This document shows positions 52,478 to 62,243 of a stretch of 64,000 bases of DNA, piece after piece. Under the pieces are notes generated by a model that had not been told where the DNA came from, did not search any database, and worked only from the letters and a program-made list of their open reading frames with translations. Position 1 is the first letter of the stretch. Every line of letters starts with the position of its first letter. Position numbers and translations under genes: made by a program. Location: positions 1 through 64,000 of the forward strand of contig CAWEHK010000042.1 in the NCBI GenBank assembly GCA_963808625.1, in the 5' to 3' direction. Origin of the DNA: an uncultured delta proteobacterium (GTDB lineage: Bacteria > Desulfobacterota > Syntrophobacteria > Syntrophobacterales > Syntrophobacteraceae).

Positions 52478-53488
52478 ATGGCAATTCGTGTGGCAATCAA
52501 TGGTTTTGGACGGATCGGTCGGACGCTTTTCAAAGCGAGCATAGATCGCAAGGCGCCTCTCGAGATTGTGGCCATCAATGATCTTTCGGCCCCTTCCGAG
52601 CTGGCGTACTTGCTGAAGTACGACTCGGTCCATGGAGTATGGCCTCATGACGTTTCCGGCTCCGAAAACGAGTTGATCGTTGATGGCAAGACTTACCAGT
52701 GTTTGAAAGTGAAGGACCCGGCTCAGTCGCCGTGGCATGAGCTGAAGGTGGATGTCGTCCTTGAGAGCACCGGCCTCTTTGCGGACCGGGACGGGTGTCA
52801 GAAGCACATCAATGCCGGCGCGCGCAAGGTGATTGTCACCGCGCCCGGAAAGGGCATGGACGCGACCTTTGTTCTCGGCGTTAATGATGCCGCCTACGAT
52901 CCTCGAAAGCATCATATCGTTTCCAATGCCTCCTGCACCACCAACTGCCTGGCGCCCATCGTGTCCCTCCTGCATGACCGTTTCGTCGTCGAACATGGTT
53001 TGATGACCACCATCCACTCCTATACCATGGACCAACGCCTCCTCGATGCGCTGCACAAAGACAAGCGCCGGGCGCGGGCCGCAGCCCTGTCCATGATCCC
53101 CACCACGACGGGAGCAGCCCGAGCGGTGGCCGAGGTCATCCCGGAACTGAAAGGGAAGCTGGACGGCATTGCCATCCGCGTACCGACGCCCAATGTTTCC
53201 CTCGTCGATCTCGTTTGCACCGTCGGTCGGGATGTGACCAAGGAGGAAGTGAACAAGGTCTTTGAAGAGGCCGCCAACGGCCCGCTCAAAGGCATCCTGC
53301 AATGCGTCACCGAAGACCTTGTCTCCATTGATTTTAACAATACCACGGTTTCTTCGAGCGTCGACATGCAGCTCACCAATGTTATCGGTGGCCGGATGGT
53401 GAAGGTCTTTAGCTGGTATGACAACGAATGCGGATATTCCAACCGGGTCATCGATCTCGCCGTGATGATGGGACAATCTCTGGAATAA
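52478..53488 (+). CDS. gap: Glyceraldehyde-3-phosphate dehydrogenase type I
   Basis: AINGFGRIGR, SNASCTTNCLAP, PTTTGAA and WYDNE.GYS.R. Confidence 0.97.
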   Translation: MAIRVAINGFGRIGRTLFKASIDRKAPLEIVAINDLSAPSELAYLLKYDSVHGVWPHDVSGSENELIVDGKTYQCLKVKDPAQSPWHELKVDVVLESTGLFADRDGCQKHINAGARKVIVTAPGKGMDATFVLGVNDAAYDPRKHHIVSNASCTTNCLAPIVSLLHDRFVVEHGLMTTIHSYTMDQRLLDALHKDKRRARAAALSMIPTTTGAARAVAEVIPELKGKLDGIAIRVPTPNVSLVDLVCTVGRDVTKEEVNKVFEEAANGPLKGILQCVTEDLVSIDFNNTTVSSSVDMQLTNVIGGRMVKVFSWYDNECGYSNRVIDLAVMMGQSLE

Positions 53489-53533
53489 GTGATGAGTGAT
53501 GAGTAATGAGTGATGAGTGACGAGTGACGAGTG
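53487..53533. repeat. GTGATGA heptamer array
   Basis: About 6 units immediately after the gap stop codon. Confidence 0.88.
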
Positions 53534-53582
53534 AAGGCAGGGATGGCAGCAATTTTGTTGCAACCTGCTGAAGAGAGGATCT

Positions 53583-55565
53583 TTGTTGGCTATGAAAACC
53601 CTGGATGATGTCGAGCTTACGGGGAAAAAGGTGTTTTTGCGGGTCGACTTTAACGTGCCGCTGGATAAGCAGCACCAGGTGACGGACGACCTGCGGATTC
53701 GGGCTACATTGCCCAGTATCAGGAAGATCATCGATGCCGGCGGCAAGCTCATCCTCGCCTCACACCTGGGGCGGCCCAAAGGGAAAGTCGTGGGGGACTA
53801 CTCCCTGAGACCAGTCGGAGAATATCTGTCGAAACTTCTTAAACAGCCTGTCCTGTTGGCTTCCGATTGCATCGGGGAGGCTGTGCGCAAACAGGTCTCG
53901 GAAATGAAGAGCGGCGAGGTGCTGCTCTTGGAAAACCTGCGCTTCCATCCGGGTGAAGAGAAAGATGACGAAGACTTCTCCCGGCAACTGGGGGAGCTGG
54001 CCGAGGTCTACGTGAATGATGCGTTCGCCGTCTCCCACCGGGCCCATGCCTCGGTTCACGGAATCATCCGCTACGTCAGGGTTTGCGCCGCCGGCTACCA
54101 GTTGGAAAAAGAGATTACCTTCTTTAGCAAAGCCATGGAAGATCCCAAAAGACCGCTTGCCATGGTGATTGGCGGAGCAAAAATTTCTACCAAAATTGAC
54201 TTATTGGAGAATCTCATTCCCAGGGTGGACTGTATGATCATCGGCGGTGCCATGGCGAACACCTTCCTGAAAGCTCAAGGGAAAGATGTGGGCAAGTCGC
54301 TCGTCGAAGACGACCATCTTCAAACCGCCGCCAACCTGCTCGAAAGGGCAGGCCAGCGCGGCGTCAAAGTCCTCCTGCCAGTGGATGCCGTCGTGTCCCC
54401 GAGCCTTGAAAATAGCGCTGACGTGCAGCAGGTTTCGGTGGATAAAGTCCCTCCCAATGCCCAGATTCTGGATGTCGGACCAAAGTCCATTGAAGCTTTT
54501 GAAGCGGCTCTCAAGAACTGCCCAACCATCGTCTGGAACGGGCCGTTAGGGGCCTTCGAGTATCCTCCGTTCCACGAGGGTACCTTCGCTCTGGCCGCAT
54601 TTCTCGGCGATCTGAAAGCCTTGACGGTGATCGGAGGAGGTGATTCGGCGGCAGCGGTGAAACAGGCCGGGGTGGCGGAAAAGATGAGCTATGTTTCAAC
54701 CGGCGGGGGGGCTTTCCTGGAACTCCTTGAGGGGAAAACCCTGCCGGGCCTTGCCGCCTTGGAAGAATGTTCGACGGAAAGGAAATTCATGAACGAGAAA
54801 AAAGCGCTTATTGCCGCCAACTGGAAGATGTTTAAAACGTTAGCCGAGGCGGTTTCTTTTACCGAGTCACTGCAGCGGGAGGTTGGCCCCCTGGAAGATC
54901 GCGAGGTCGTGATTGCTCCTCCTTACACGGCCCTGGCCGCAGTTCGGCATGCCATCTGGCGCGCTGACTTCAAGCTTTCGGCCCAGAATTGCCACTGGGA
55001 AGAGCAGGGAGCATTCACCGGAGAAGTTTCCGGCGTCATGCTCCAGGACGTAGGTTGTGATTGGGTGATCCTGGGCCATTCGGAAAGGCGGCACATCTTC
55101 GGCGAAACCGACGAGACCATCCAGAAAAAACTGGCTGCGGTATTCCGCTTTGGAATGCTGCCGATGCTCTGCGTGGGGGAAGTTTTGGCAGAGCGGGAGA
55201 GCGGGAACACGTTTACGGTGATCGCGACGCAGCTCGACCGGGCGCTTGCCGGGTTGCCGGCGGAACCGGCCCGCCGCCTTGCCATCGCTTACGAACCGGT
55301 CTGGGCAATCGGCACGGGAAAGACCGCCACGCCGGAACAGGCGCAGGAGGTGCATGCCTTCATCAGAGAACGATGCATCGCACGGTGGGACAAAATGGTT
55401 GCAAACAGCATCAGGATCATGTATGGAGGATCGGTTAAACCGGACAATGTGGACGCGCTTATGGCAAAGTCGGACATTGACGGGATGCTTGTGGGCGGTG
55501 CGAGCCTCGAAGTGGGGTCCTTCAAGCGCATTGTCCAATATCAACCTCCTGGAGAAACGAATTAG
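53583..55565 (+). CDS. pgk: Phosphoglycerate kinase in frame with triosephosphate isomerase (TPI part starts at ATG 54789); fusion may be an artefact
   Basis: RVDFNVP, LLENLRF and STGGGA, then AANWKM, GHSERR, YEPVWAIGTG and LVGGASL. Confidence 0.93.
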   Translation: MLAMKTLDDVELTGKKVFLRVDFNVPLDKQHQVTDDLRIRATLPSIRKIIDAGGKLILASHLGRPKGKVVGDYSLRPVGEYLSKLLKQPVLLASDCIGEAVRKQVSEMKSGEVLLLENLRFHPGEEKDDEDFSRQLGELAEVYVNDAFAVSHRAHASVHGIIRYVRVCAAGYQLEKEITFFSKAMEDPKRPLAMVIGGAKISTKIDLLENLIPRVDCMIIGGAMANTFLKAQGKDVGKSLVEDDHLQTAANLLERAGQRGVKVLLPVDAVVSPSLENSADVQQVSVDKVPPNAQILDVGPKSIEAFEAALKNCPTIVWNGPLGAFEYPPFHEGTFALAAFLGDLKALTVIGGGDSAAAVKQAGVAEKMSYVSTGGGAFLELLEGKTLPGLAALEECSTERKFMNEKKALIAANWKMFKTLAEAVSFTESLQREVGPLEDREVVIAPPYTALAAVRHAIWRADFKLSAQNCHWEEQGAFTGEVSGVMLQDVGCDWVILGHSERRHIFGETDETIQKKLAAVFRFGMLPMLCVGEVLAERESGNTFTVIATQLDRALAGLPAEPARRLAIAYEPVWAIGTGKTATPEQAQEVHAFIRERCIARWDKMVANSIRIMYGGSVKPDNVDALMAKSDIDGMLVGGASLEVGSFKRIVQYQPPGETN

Positions 55566-55568
55566 CTG

Positions 55569-56150
55569 ATGTATGTGATAACGGTTGTCTTTCATGTGCT
55601 CGCCTGTATGGCTCTCATTTTGATCGTCTTGCTGCAGACCGGAAAGGGAGCGGAAATGGGCGCCGCCTTTGGTGGGGCGTCTCAGACTCTCTTTGGCGGT
55701 TCCGGCGGCACTACTTTTCTCAGTAAGCTGACTACGGGAGCGGCGGTGGCCTTCATGATCACCTGCCTTGGCCTGACCTATCTGTCCGCAGGCCCCCGAA
55801 CCAAATCGATCATGGAAGACGTTCCGATCGAAAAGACGGAAGCGCCTCTCTTGCCTGAGGCGAAGCCGATTCAGCCCGGTGCTGAACCGCCTGCAGCGGC
55901 GACGGCGATGCCGAAGCCGGAGGCAAGTCCCGCGCCGGTTGTGCCACCGGTGAGCCCGGCCACTGCCGCTCAGGAGGCTCCTAAAGCCCAGAGCCCGGCC
56001 ACTCAAGCCCAGGAATCAACGAAGGCTCAGGAACCCGCTAAGGCCCAGGAACCGGCAAAGACCGAAAAGAAACCCGCAGCGCCTCCCAAAGCGGATGCCA
56101 AGCGGCCGGATAAACCCCCGGCAGCACCTGCCGATGGGAAAAAGCAATAG
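55569..56150 (+). CDS. secG: Preprotein translocase SecG with long Pro/Ala/Lys-rich tail
   Basis: VLLQTGKGAEMGAAFGG.SQTLFG, located between tpi and tRNA-Leu. Confidence 0.93.
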   Translation: MYVITVVFHVLACMALILIVLLQTGKGAEMGAAFGGASQTLFGGSGGTTFLSKLTTGAAVAFMITCLGLTYLSAGPRTKSIMEDVPIEKTEAPLLPEAKPIQPGAEPPAAATAMPKPEASPAPVVPPVSPATAAQEAPKAQSPATQAQESTKAQEPAKAQEPAKTEKKPAAPPKADAKRPDKPPAAPADGKKQ

Positions 56151-56167
56151 CGCGCCCCAGATTGAGG

Positions 56168-56195
56168 TTGCCAGGCGCGCTCAATTCACTATAAT
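56168..56195 (+). promoter_or_regulatory. sigma70 promoter of tRNA-Leu
   Basis: TTGCCA-N16-TATAAT. Confidence 0.6.
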
Positions 56196-56206
56196 AGCAA
56201 CTCCGT

Positions 56207-56292
56207 GCCGAAGTGGTGGAACATGGTAGACACACCATCTTGAGGGGGTGGCGGGGCGACCCGTGCCGGTTCGAGTCCGGCCTTCGGCACCA
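56207..56292 (+). tRNA. tRNA-Leu(GAG)
   Basis: GCCGAAG/CTTCGGC acceptor stem, anticodon loop TTGAGGG, long variable arm, GGTTCGAGTCC T-arm and encoded CCA. Confidence 0.95.
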
Positions 56293-56334
56293 CCAAGGAG
56301 GAAATGGGCGTAATCCTAATGGGTTACGCTTCTT

Positions 56335-56975
56335 TCATTTGGAGTGGTTGCGGTGGGGTTGCGTTTCGTCCAATCGGTTCACGGCTTCCCGGTTGCTGCT
56401 CGGAATCAGGTGGCCGTAAATGTCCGCGGTCATCTGGATGTTTGAGTGGCCCAACTGCTCCTTCATGTAGGCGGGACTCTGACCATCACTGTCACTCAAT
56501 AGCAGACTGGCAAAACTGCGCCGCATGTCGTGAATCCTGATCTTTCTTAGTCCCGCTTTTGTCAGTATCCTTTTGAAAACATTCCTGACGGTATTCTGGG
56601 AAGGAGGCTACCATTCTTCTCACCCTGTGCGGGATTGCTCGCAATAACCTCATCATCCAGCGCATGGGCAAAGGGTCCGCTCAAAACATCCCTGGTCAAG
56701 CACACTGTACCTTTCGATAACCCTTTGTTGTGAAGCCCCAAAAGCAAATCCCGGATATCCTTCCTGGTGATCGCGTCAATATCCACTCCCCCAAGAACAG
56801 GATAAACATGCCGGTGCAAGATTCCGGCGTACCGCTCGAAGGTAGTTTACCGCCGAAGTCTTTTGACATACCCCTGCAACCATAGCTCCGCGTATTCCTT
56901 AAACGCGGGTGCTTTCGGTTTCTCTTTGTCCACAACTCCAACGTCACCCAGGGTCAACTTTGCCTCGATCTTCAT
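56335..56975 (-). pseudogene. Degraded tyrosine integrase
   Basis: Fragments FKEYAELWL, IDAITRKDI...IASNPA and IHDMR..FASLLL...EQLGHSNIQMTADIYGH. The central catalytic region is missing. Confidence 0.88.
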
Positions 56976-57107
56976 GGATTATTCGTACCCTGTTCTTACG
57001 CAATGGCACATCCATCGTTTTTCTTGTAAGCTGATGCGAATGGTATAGGGGCTGATGACAGTAACAATAGAAATTGGCAAACAAATTTTCCACGAACGGG
57101 GAAGAAA

Positions 57108-58220
57108 ATGAAACCTTACGTTCCAATGGAACTCCCACTGGAGGGAATTGTTTGGACGGATCATGTTTCGTCGATCGGTGATGCCAATGCCGCCCTGGCG
57201 CGCTATGATGGGCTTCTGTCGAGCATCGTCAATCCCATTGTCCTGCTGTCTCCCCTGACCACTCAAGAAGCAGTGCTCTCCTCGCGCATTGAAGGAACAC
57301 AGGCTACCCTCGAGGAGGTTCTGGAGTACGAGGCCGACCCTACGGAGAAGATTGATCCGACCAAGCACGCGGACATCCAGGAAATCATCAATTATCGGAA
57401 GGCAATGCGCTATGCTGTCGAAGAAATGGGGCAAAGGCCGCTGTGTCTAAACCTGCTACGCGAGCTGCACCGCATTCTACTCGACAGTGTCCGAGGCCGC
57501 CATAAGGCTCCCGGCGAATTCCGGCGTATTCAGAATTATATCGGTCCACCGGGTTGTTCCATCGAGGAGGCAACTTTTGTGCCTCCATCCGTCGATCAGT
57601 TGGCTGGAAACCTGGACAATTGGGAGAAGTACATCCATTTCGAGGAAAAAGACCGCCTGGTGCAGCTGGCGATTGTCAAAGCGCAGTTCGAGCTGATCCA
57701 CCCCTTCCTCGATGGCAACGGTCGAGTGGGGAGGATGCTCATCCCGATCTTTCTGTTCGAGAAGAAACTGCTTTCCAGTCCGATGTTTTATCTGAGCGCC
57801 TACCTTGAAGCCCAGCGCGACGTTTACTATGAAAGGCTGCGCGCCATTTCAGATCAGGGCGATTGGAACGGTTGGATTCGGTTCTTCCTGAGGGCAATCA
57901 TCGAGCAGGCACGCGACAACACGGCAAAGGCTAAGGCAATCCTGGCTTTGTACGATCAGATGAAGCGGGAAATTCCGGAAATCACCCGCTCCCAGTACTC
58001 TATCCAGGCAATCGATACGCTGTTTTCTCAACCAGTGTTTCAAGGCTCGGATTTCATTGCACATTCTGGAATACCCCGGGACACCGGGCTTCGGATTCTC
58101 AATATGCTTAAGGAAAGGAACATCCTTTCGGTTATTCGGGAGGCCCGTGGCCGGCGTGGCGCGGTCTTCATGTTCGATGAACTGATCCGGATAACCGAGG
58201 GAACGCCATGGATGGAATAG
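57108..58220 (+). CDS. Fic family protein (class II type, C-terminal HTH-like region)
   Basis: HPFLDGNGRVGR catalytic motif and SSRIEG autoinhibitory motif. Confidence 0.95.
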   Translation: MKPYVPMELPLEGIVWTDHVSSIGDANAALARYDGLLSSIVNPIVLLSPLTTQEAVLSSRIEGTQATLEEVLEYEADPTEKIDPTKHADIQEIINYRKAMRYAVEEMGQRPLCLNLLRELHRILLDSVRGRHKAPGEFRRIQNYIGPPGCSIEEATFVPPSVDQLAGNLDNWEKYIHFEEKDRLVQLAIVKAQFELIHPFLDGNGRVGRMLIPIFLFEKKLLSSPMFYLSAYLEAQRDVYYERLRAISDQGDWNGWIRFFLRAIIEQARDNTAKAKAILALYDQMKREIPEITRSQYSIQAIDTLFSQPVFQGSDFIAHSGIPRDTGLRILNMLKERNILSVIREARGRRGAVFMFDELIRITEGTPWME

Positions 58221-58368
58221 ATGCCACACAAAGCTATTTGTCTGGCATGAAACGCAATTTATGCAACACAAGCAGGTTTAATGCTATTCGACGCAACACA
58301 AATAGAGCGCCATGGAGAAAACCGGTGTGAGGATATGACATCCAAGCTCAACGACAAGAGGTAACGCT

Positions 58369-59820
58369 ATGCCGCAACTTGTCAAATTGCTTGTTGGCCC
58401 CTTTCCGCATTATCACCAACCCAAAGCAGGGGAGGTCAAATACCAGAAAAGCCAGCCAGCCAAACCCATTTGGCGCATTTTGATCATGGACGAAGGCAGA
58501 AACCTGATGCATACCCGAATGTATGCCACACAGCCCTCTGCCGAGGAGATTGACAGAGTGGTCTTGGGAGTACTCACGGACGGAAATCTGCTCAGTGCCG
58601 ACATCGTCGTTCCAACCACGGTTGAGCGACTCTGCCCCGGCCTTCAGGAAAAGCTTATGGCACAAGGCTTCAAGGTCTACCTGCCAGCCCACGGTTTCGC
58701 TTCAGGTTCACGCACCTCCAGGCAAGCGGACGAATTCCTTGTATCCCTAAGCATGGTTATGAACGATGTGCGCGAAAGCATGGCATCGTGTGAGGAGATT
58801 GCCGCTACTGCCGGTAGTGTTCTAGGGGTTGTCACCACCACTTTGTGGCAGGATGACGATAGCGATGGACAGCAAATGAAGGTCGCTCACAAGATCGCGG
58901 AAGCCATTACCCGGCTCCGAGGTCGTGACCCTGAAGTCGGCCGGAAAACACGGGAAGGCGAATCAATATGGGCGCCCGTCAATAAAGGCAAACACGTTCC
59001 CCCGCGCGAAGATGTTCTATCTACCCTTCTCAGCGACCGCTACCAGCCCCTCCTCAGAGAACCAGGATTGAAGGATGTCGTTCTGCAACTCAAGAGGATC
59101 AAGGAGGCGGAACAGGAACATAAGCTTCCTCTCATCCGGGAGCTTGGGGCAACAGCAATCTTTCACCAAATCTCTGCAATACGCCGTGGTCATTACCGCT
59201 TTCTTTCAGATCTCGGTTTCCACCCCCCGGACAACGCTCTCCAGTATGTTCTTTCACTCGGCGTGAAGGAAGCCTTGAAAATGCTCATAGTCCTTGAGGA
59301 AGGTCTGCTGCAGGTCTCAGCTTCTAGAGTCAGCATCAAGTATCCTCAGGATTGTCTTGACCTTTCCTTGCGCGGTGTCCCCGCCCACCATCACATCGAG
59401 CGGATGGTTCAGCAGTTATCTGGTGGAAAAGTCGCTGTCTTCCCTGATCTGGCAGATCCCAACCCGCGAGCTCCTCAATTCCTACAGTCATGGGGGCCTT
59501 TCAACTCACTATGGTTTTCCAGCCGCACCCAACTCAGCCCTGCACAATGTCTGATCCCTATATCAAGCGCCGGTTCACAGAAGACTAAAGGACTCCTCAT
59601 CGTTTTAGCTATCCTCCCGAAAGATACAGCCACATACGTTGCGATCGGTGATGGTGGACTGGCGGCCGAAATGACGGCACTTGTCAACGAAAGGCTGGCG
59701 CGCAACCGCAAAGGCGTTACTTGCCAAATCAAACCCTTGCAGCTTTATGGGGACTTGATAGATATCGAAGAACCCCCGCAAGACCTGAGCAAGACTATGG
59801 GAATAATCACCGATTGTTGA
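58369..59820 (+). CDS. Hypothetical protein, 483 aa
   Basis: Long intact ORF with GAGG RBS and ATG start. No family recognised. Confidence 0.8.
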   Translation: MPQLVKLLVGPFPHYHQPKAGEVKYQKSQPAKPIWRILIMDEGRNLMHTRMYATQPSAEEIDRVVLGVLTDGNLLSADIVVPTTVERLCPGLQEKLMAQGFKVYLPAHGFASGSRTSRQADEFLVSLSMVMNDVRESMASCEEIAATAGSVLGVVTTTLWQDDDSDGQQMKVAHKIAEAITRLRGRDPEVGRKTREGESIWAPVNKGKHVPPREDVLSTLLSDRYQPLLREPGLKDVVLQLKRIKEAEQEHKLPLIRELGATAIFHQISAIRRGHYRFLSDLGFHPPDNALQYVLSLGVKEALKMLIVLEEGLLQVSASRVSIKYPQDCLDLSLRGVPAHHHIERMVQQLSGGKVAVFPDLADPNPRAPQFLQSWGPFNSLWFSSRTQLSPAQCLIPISSAGSQKTKGLLIVLAILPKDTATYVAIGDGGLAAEMTALVNERLARNRKGVTCQIKPLQLYGDLIDIEEPPQDLSKTMGIITDC

Positions 59821-59887
59821 AAGGTGGCCGAAGCACGCAAAGCTGTTTTTCCTCAAGACAAGGACCATTGCGAGAAGGGAGTTTCCT

Positions 59888-60436
59888 CTAGTGGTGCAAA
59901 GGATCACAGGCGCGGGCGCTGGATTTTCCGATCAGCCGTTGATGCTCCGCCACCTTCCGCTCCCCGAAGAAGATCTCGATGCGATCCCAGCTAAGGAACG
60001 CATCAATTTTTGTGGCCAGGAAAAAGGGAGCTGTTACCAACCGTATTTTCAGTTCGTGATCGATTCTGACTGCCTCCGAATGATGGACGGCCTGCGAGTA
60101 CCACCTGTTGGAGAAGCCGAGGATCCTTGTATCTGTTGGCATAACATCAACGATCACCCCTTGAAAGGACCAGCGGCACACCGGGTGGTCGCTAGCGACA
60201 CTATGCGTGAAACCCAGTTCCCGTAGGGAGTCCTCCAGACGGTAGTAATCCATTCTGGATAACACTTCGACAATGACATCCACATCGAGTGTTGCGCGAA
60301 TACGGGGCAGAGCAGGGTCAGTCATGAGAAGAGATGTTGCCGCATCACCAAGAGACACCACCCCTTCTCTCAGGCTCCCGAGCCCACTGGCAACGATCTT
60401 TACCATCTCCAAGGGTGCGCTGCTCTTGGTTTTCAC
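59888..60436 (-). pseudogene. Nucleotidyltransferase (AbiEii-like), 3' truncated
   Basis: RATLDVDVIV, VDVMP, GFSNRWY and FLATKIDAF, then unrelated sequence. Confidence 0.7.
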
Positions 60437-60943
60437 TTATTGCAGTCTCGCTTTAATCTCATTGACGGCGATCTCCCGTTCCCTGGCGCGACTGTCTCGG
60501 ATGGCATCCACCAACACCAGCAACTCATAGAGCTTATAGTCCTTGGCTGCGGCTTTCGGGACCGACTTATACAAGGGAGAGAACTCATAGCCTGGTTCCT
60601 CTCCATCGGGATCAGGCCAAACCGGGGGGAGTTGATTGGATGAGACAAGGAGATCTCGCAAAGGAGGCCCCGCAAAGCTGGTCGGCACTCCCCGGGTAAG
60701 TCCGCCTCTGGAAGGCGGGTAAGCATATTTAACTCCGTGGATCAGGAATTCCTCAAGTGCTCTCTTAATCGGCCTTCGTCGCTGCTCACCCATAAGGCGA
60801 GCCGCCACTGCCCGTTTCAACCCCGAGTGCACCTCAGAGGGACTCATGGAAAGCTCCGTCCCCAAGGAGGAGTAGGACCACTCGGCCTCCTCCAGAGCAA
60901 CGAGCTTGATCAAAATTAATATGTCTTGTGGTTTAAGGATCAT
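60437..60943 (-). CDS. HTH protein, putative antitoxin partner of the nucleotidyltransferase
   Basis: LKPQD start, helix-turn-helix (WSYSSLGTELSMSPSEVH), EFLIHGVKYAYP and LVDAIR. Abuts the downstream gene. Confidence 0.75.
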   Translation of the reverse strand: MILKPQDILILIKLVALEEAEWSYSSLGTELSMSPSEVHSGLKRAVAARLMGEQRRRPIKRALEEFLIHGVKYAYPPSRGGLTRGVPTSFAGPPLRDLLVSSNQLPPVWPDPDGEEPGYEFSPLYKSVPKAAAKDYKLYELLVLVDAIRDSRAREREIAVNEIKARLQ

Positions 60944-60954
60944 GCATATTCTTT

Positions 60955-60971
60955 ATTCGCGATTCGCGAAT
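60955..60971. promoter_or_regulatory. Palindromic operator candidate
   Basis: Perfect 8-1-8 dyad ATTCGCGA-T-TCGCGAAT about 11 bp upstream of the ATG. Confidence 0.6.
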
Positions 60972-61508
60972 TGTGCAAGGGGAAATAGCATTCGGAGGAG
61001 CGAGACCGTAAAAAAGGCAGTCGATAATCCATGTGCATTCTTGATCCAGAACTACCGGTGACAAGGGGAAGAACTGGCAACGGCATTCCCCAGCTGCACC
61101 GTTGATCGTCTGATCGAAAACGATGGAGCCAAGAAATACCGGATTTCCACCTACCCGGATTTCATAACGTGCGATAGGGCAAAGCTTCTCAGGCATCCGA
61201 ATTCCCGTGTGCGAGAACTCGCACAGCGATTGCCATAGGCTGTTTTCAAACATAGCAAAGGACGTTTGTCTCAACGGAATGAAACACCCCTTCGAGCAGT
61301 CATGTCCTTCTCAGCCAGATTTCTGTTTTGGCGATCGAGGATATGGTATTGAATCCAAACTGAAGCTTGTGTTTCCAGGAGAAACCTTTCCGGGTAGACA
61401 TGACCAATGGACCCTTCTGGAAACCAAGCGGGCAACTCCCGAAATCATTGGTGTTTGTTGCGGAATAAGAACGGCTAAACCAACGTATCTTTCCTGATTT
61501 GGAGTAGC

Positions 61509-62243
61509 ATGATGATCCTGTCAGAAGAAGTAGCTCAAGAACTGAAAAAAACATACCAGGAACTGGACAACCGAGGCGAGTTGCCGTCAAAATCCCAACT
61601 GGCTCAGTACCATGAAACCTTCAGAAGCCGATTTGGCCCGGAAAAGCTGCGAAACCTCGATGGCTTGGCACTCCTGGAAACCTTGCATGACCATTCCAAC
61701 AGAGACAGCCTGGTTTACTGGTTGGAATTCAAGGACGATGATGAGCTTCCCGCCTTTTTCGGAAGCATTGCCGGCGGCAGTGCATTGAAATTTGGCATAT
61801 ACAAAAGGAGGGAAACCGGAGCATGGATGACAGGACATCCCAGTAACCAGAAGGAACTCTCAACAGATGAAGCCGTCGAAATAGCCAAGAAACATCGCGA
61901 CCAACTCGTCCTTGGAGCAAATCTACTCGAGAAGCTCCCAGTCAACGGCAGCGATTCGGACTATGAGAGTCTACAGCAGTCCATGGACAGACTTGCCCCG
62001 GATGTGAGCGATATGGCATGGGGGCACAAATACTTCAGCATGCTTTATCCGGACAAGCTCGATGACTACCACATTCCCGAATATCAGCGATTTCATCTGG
62101 TCAAATTACTGCAGATCCCGCCACAGGGTCCAGGAAGATACCTTTGTGCCGGAAGGTGGACAAACTCATCCAGTTCGTACAGACTGCCTGAAGTCGTGTA
62201 CGAAATTTGGCTTGAAGCTCCTTGCGGGGTGGAGGAAAAGTGA
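61509..62243 (+). pseudogene. N-terminal fragment of an McrB-like restriction protein (native sequence ends near 62157)
   Basis: SLVYWLEFK...FGSIAGGSALKFG and WGHKYFS resemble N-termini of McrB-type AAA proteins. No Walker A motif is reached. Confidence 0.6.

Noticed and set aside
60990..61500. Short ORFs between the TA-like pair and the McrB-like fragment
   Set aside because: No clear start, RBS or motif. A plus-strand stretch ending RVRELAQRLP may be a gene remnant but cannot be assigned.
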